Source of the DNA: an uncultured bacterium
Lineage (GTDB): Bacteria > Patescibacteriota > Saccharimonadia > UBA4664 > SCTI01
Direction: 5' to 3'
Length of the DNA: 64,000 bases
NCBI GenBank assembly: GCA_963721685.1
Contig: CAVRJJ010000005.1
Coordinates: 231,943 to 295,942, forward strand
Shown: piece after piece, positions 62,204-64,000 of the stretch
How positions within the stretch are numbered: the first letter of the stretch is position 1
How the letters are laid out: every line of letters starts with the position of its first letter
Program-made: the position numbers and the translations under genes
The notes under the pieces: generated by a model
Database searches by the model: none
Told to the model about the DNA's origin: nothing
What the model saw: the letters and a program-made list of their open reading frames with translations, nothing else

Positions 62204-63309
62204 CCGAACCGCGCAATATTTCCTATTCCGACAGCGGTGTTGATTACGCAACGCTCGACGCTATGAAGCGTCTGGCTCAAGAAAAGGCCGCCGCGACAGC
62301 ACCCATGCTACAGCAAGCCGGTATGAAGGAAGTGTCCGCCAGCCGTGGCGAGTCGGCCTATGTGTGGGACGCCGGCGACCATTACGGCGCCATGGTGGTT
62401 GAAGGCCTTGGCACCAAAAACCTGGTAGCCGACGCGGTTCGCAAGCTTACCGGTAAAACCTATTATGACGTGATTGCCCAAGACGTGGTGGGCGCGATTA
62501 CCAACGATTTGATAGTGGTGGGAGCCAAGCCGTTGGTGGTTTCGGCTTATTGGGGGCTTGGGGATTCAGCCTGGCTTAGCGATGTGGACCGCGCCAAAGA
62601 TTTAGCGACCGGTTGGGCCGATGCCTGCCAAAAGGCCGGAGCGGCGTGGGGCGGAGGCGAAACCCCGGCGCATACTGGCATTGTGAACCCGGAAACCATC
62701 GATCTTGGCGGCTCGGCGGTTGGCATTATTAATCCCAAAGAGCGGCTGGTGCTGGGCGACAAGCTGACGGATGGTGACGTGATTGTGTTAATTGAAAGCA
62801 GCGGCATTCATTGCAATGGCCTGTCCTTAGCCCGCAAAGTTGCCGACCGGCTGCCTGACGGCTACGCTACTAAACTGCCAAGTGGTGCTTCTTATGGTGA
62901 GGCGCTGCTGAAGCCGCAGCATTTATACGCCCAGCTCGTCCAGAATGTATTCATGGCAGGTGCCGACATCCACTATATGGTTAGCATTACCGGCCACGGC
63001 TGGCGAAAGCTGATGCGGGCTAACCAGGAATTCAGCTATATCCTAACCGAGGTTCCGCCGGTGCAGGAGGAATTTAGCTTAATTGCCGAACAATCCGGTA
63101 ACGACGCGGCCGAAATGTACGGGAACTTTAATATGGGCGCCGGCTTTGCCATTTATGTCCCTGCTAACCACACCGAAAAAGTTACCGGGGCCGCTACCGC
63201 TGCGGGGCTGCAGTCTTGGGTGGCTGGGCGGGTGGAAACCGGCCCGAAGAAAGTAGTAATCGAACCGCTTGGCCTAAGCTTCAGTGGAGAAGAGCTGGAA
63301 GTCCGATAG
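62200..63309 (+). CDS. purM: AIR synthetase
   Basis: YSDSGVD, GLGTK, GGET, SSGIHCNG, ITG, FNMGAG. Confidence 0.92.
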   Translation: MTEPRNISYSDSGVDYATLDAMKRLAQEKAAATAPMLQQAGMKEVSASRGESAYVWDAGDHYGAMVVEGLGTKNLVADAVRKLTGKTYYDVIAQDVVGAITNDLIVVGAKPLVVSAYWGLGDSAWLSDVDRAKDLATGWADACQKAGAAWGGGETPAHTGIVNPETIDLGGSAVGIINPKERLVLGDKLTDGDVIVLIESSGIHCNGLSLARKVADRLPDGYATKLPSGASYGEALLKPQHLYAQLVQNVFMAGADIHYMVSITGHGWRKLMRANQEFSYILTEVPPVQEEFSLIAEQSGNDAAEMYGNFNMGAGFAIYVPANHTEKVTGAATAAGLQSWVAGRVETGPKKVVIEPLGLSFSGEELEVR

Positions 63310-63316
63310 GCAATAC

Positions 63317-63952
63317 ATGGCTGGCTACGTAGAGAAAACCATATCAGCTTACGACCAGAGCCCTGATAAGTACCAAAACACCACGTGGGATATGCAGCTT
63401 CAGCCTGAGTTTGACCGTTTTATTGAGATGGTACGCGGTGCCGACACGTCTGTTCTAGATGCCGGCTGCGCCTATGGCCGGGATACCGCTGCTTTCAGCA
63501 AAGAAGGGCTTGACGCCACAGGCATCGATTTATCCGAGGAACTGCTTAAGAGGGCAACGGAGCTAAACTCGGGTCTTCGGTTTAAAAAAATGGATGTCAG
63601 AAAACTGGACTTTGATGATAGCAGTTTTGACGGTATATGGTGCTCTGCGGTTTTATTGCATCTTAAAGACATCGATATTAGCCAAGCTTTGCAGGAGTTT
63701 CGTCGGGTGCTCCGGAGCGGAGGAGCGCTTTTTGTAACTTTCAAGAAAGGTGAAGGCACGCGGCAGGTGCTTGAAACGTTCTCCAGCAATAATGAGCGTT
63801 TTTATAATTTTAAAACGATTGAATCGGCAACATCATTATTGCAAAACAACGGCTTCAAAGATGTGGATGCTTACTATATAAACGAACGCGAAGTGTTTGG
63901 ACCAGATAAAAGAAATCTTGATTGGGTGCACTGCTTTTCTGTTAAAGCATAG
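63317..63952 (+). CDS. Class I SAM-dependent methyltransferase
   Basis: VLDAGCAYG, GIDLS, FDGIW, VLRSGG. Confidence 0.88.
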   Translation: MAGYVEKTISAYDQSPDKYQNTTWDMQLQPEFDRFIEMVRGADTSVLDAGCAYGRDTAAFSKEGLDATGIDLSEELLKRATELNSGLRFKKMDVRKLDFDDSSFDGIWCSAVLLHLKDIDISQALQEFRRVLRSGGALFVTFKKGEGTRQVLETFSSNNERFYNFKTIESATSLLQNNGFKDVDAYYINEREVFGPDKRNLDWVHCFSVKA

Positions 63953-64000
63953 ACATTATGAATATCTTATTGTAAAGTAATACGCCTGGTGTGTTATTCT

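Overview
Bacterial chromosomal fragment, most likely from a Patescibacteria/CPR genome. This is inferred from the short HrcA, pilin-leader orphan proteins, CPR-type DGR parts and leaderless gene starts. The housekeeping backbone includes dsbA/dsbB, ftsB-like, pdxST, tilS-ftsH-murJ-lepA, hrcA-grpE-dnaK-dnaJ with two CIRCE operators, purN-B-K-E-C-M and four tRNAs. Notable accessory systems: (1) a low-GC two-gene unit in which an unannotated 35-aa peptide ending in SPWY precedes a fused class II cyclase / class I (ComQ-like) prenyltransferase, a candidate terpenoid-modified peptide system; (2) a complete diversity-generating retroelement (VR 7115-7258, TR 7618-7761, 18 of 18 mismatches at TR adenines) whose avd and RT genes are divergent, share one CATG and are separated in frame by a G7 tract; (3) a divergent F1-like ATPase operon with no a or c subunit gene; (4) a decayed helicase-nuclease-WYL island at tRNA-Lys; (5) a palindromic element inserted in-frame in lepA; (6) scattered GC-rich orphan modules with Shine-Dalgarno sites amid apparently leaderless core genes. 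Several single-base frameshifts in conserved genes suggest sequencing indel errors, which weakens any frameshift-based interpretation. All calls are by eye; no database searches were run.
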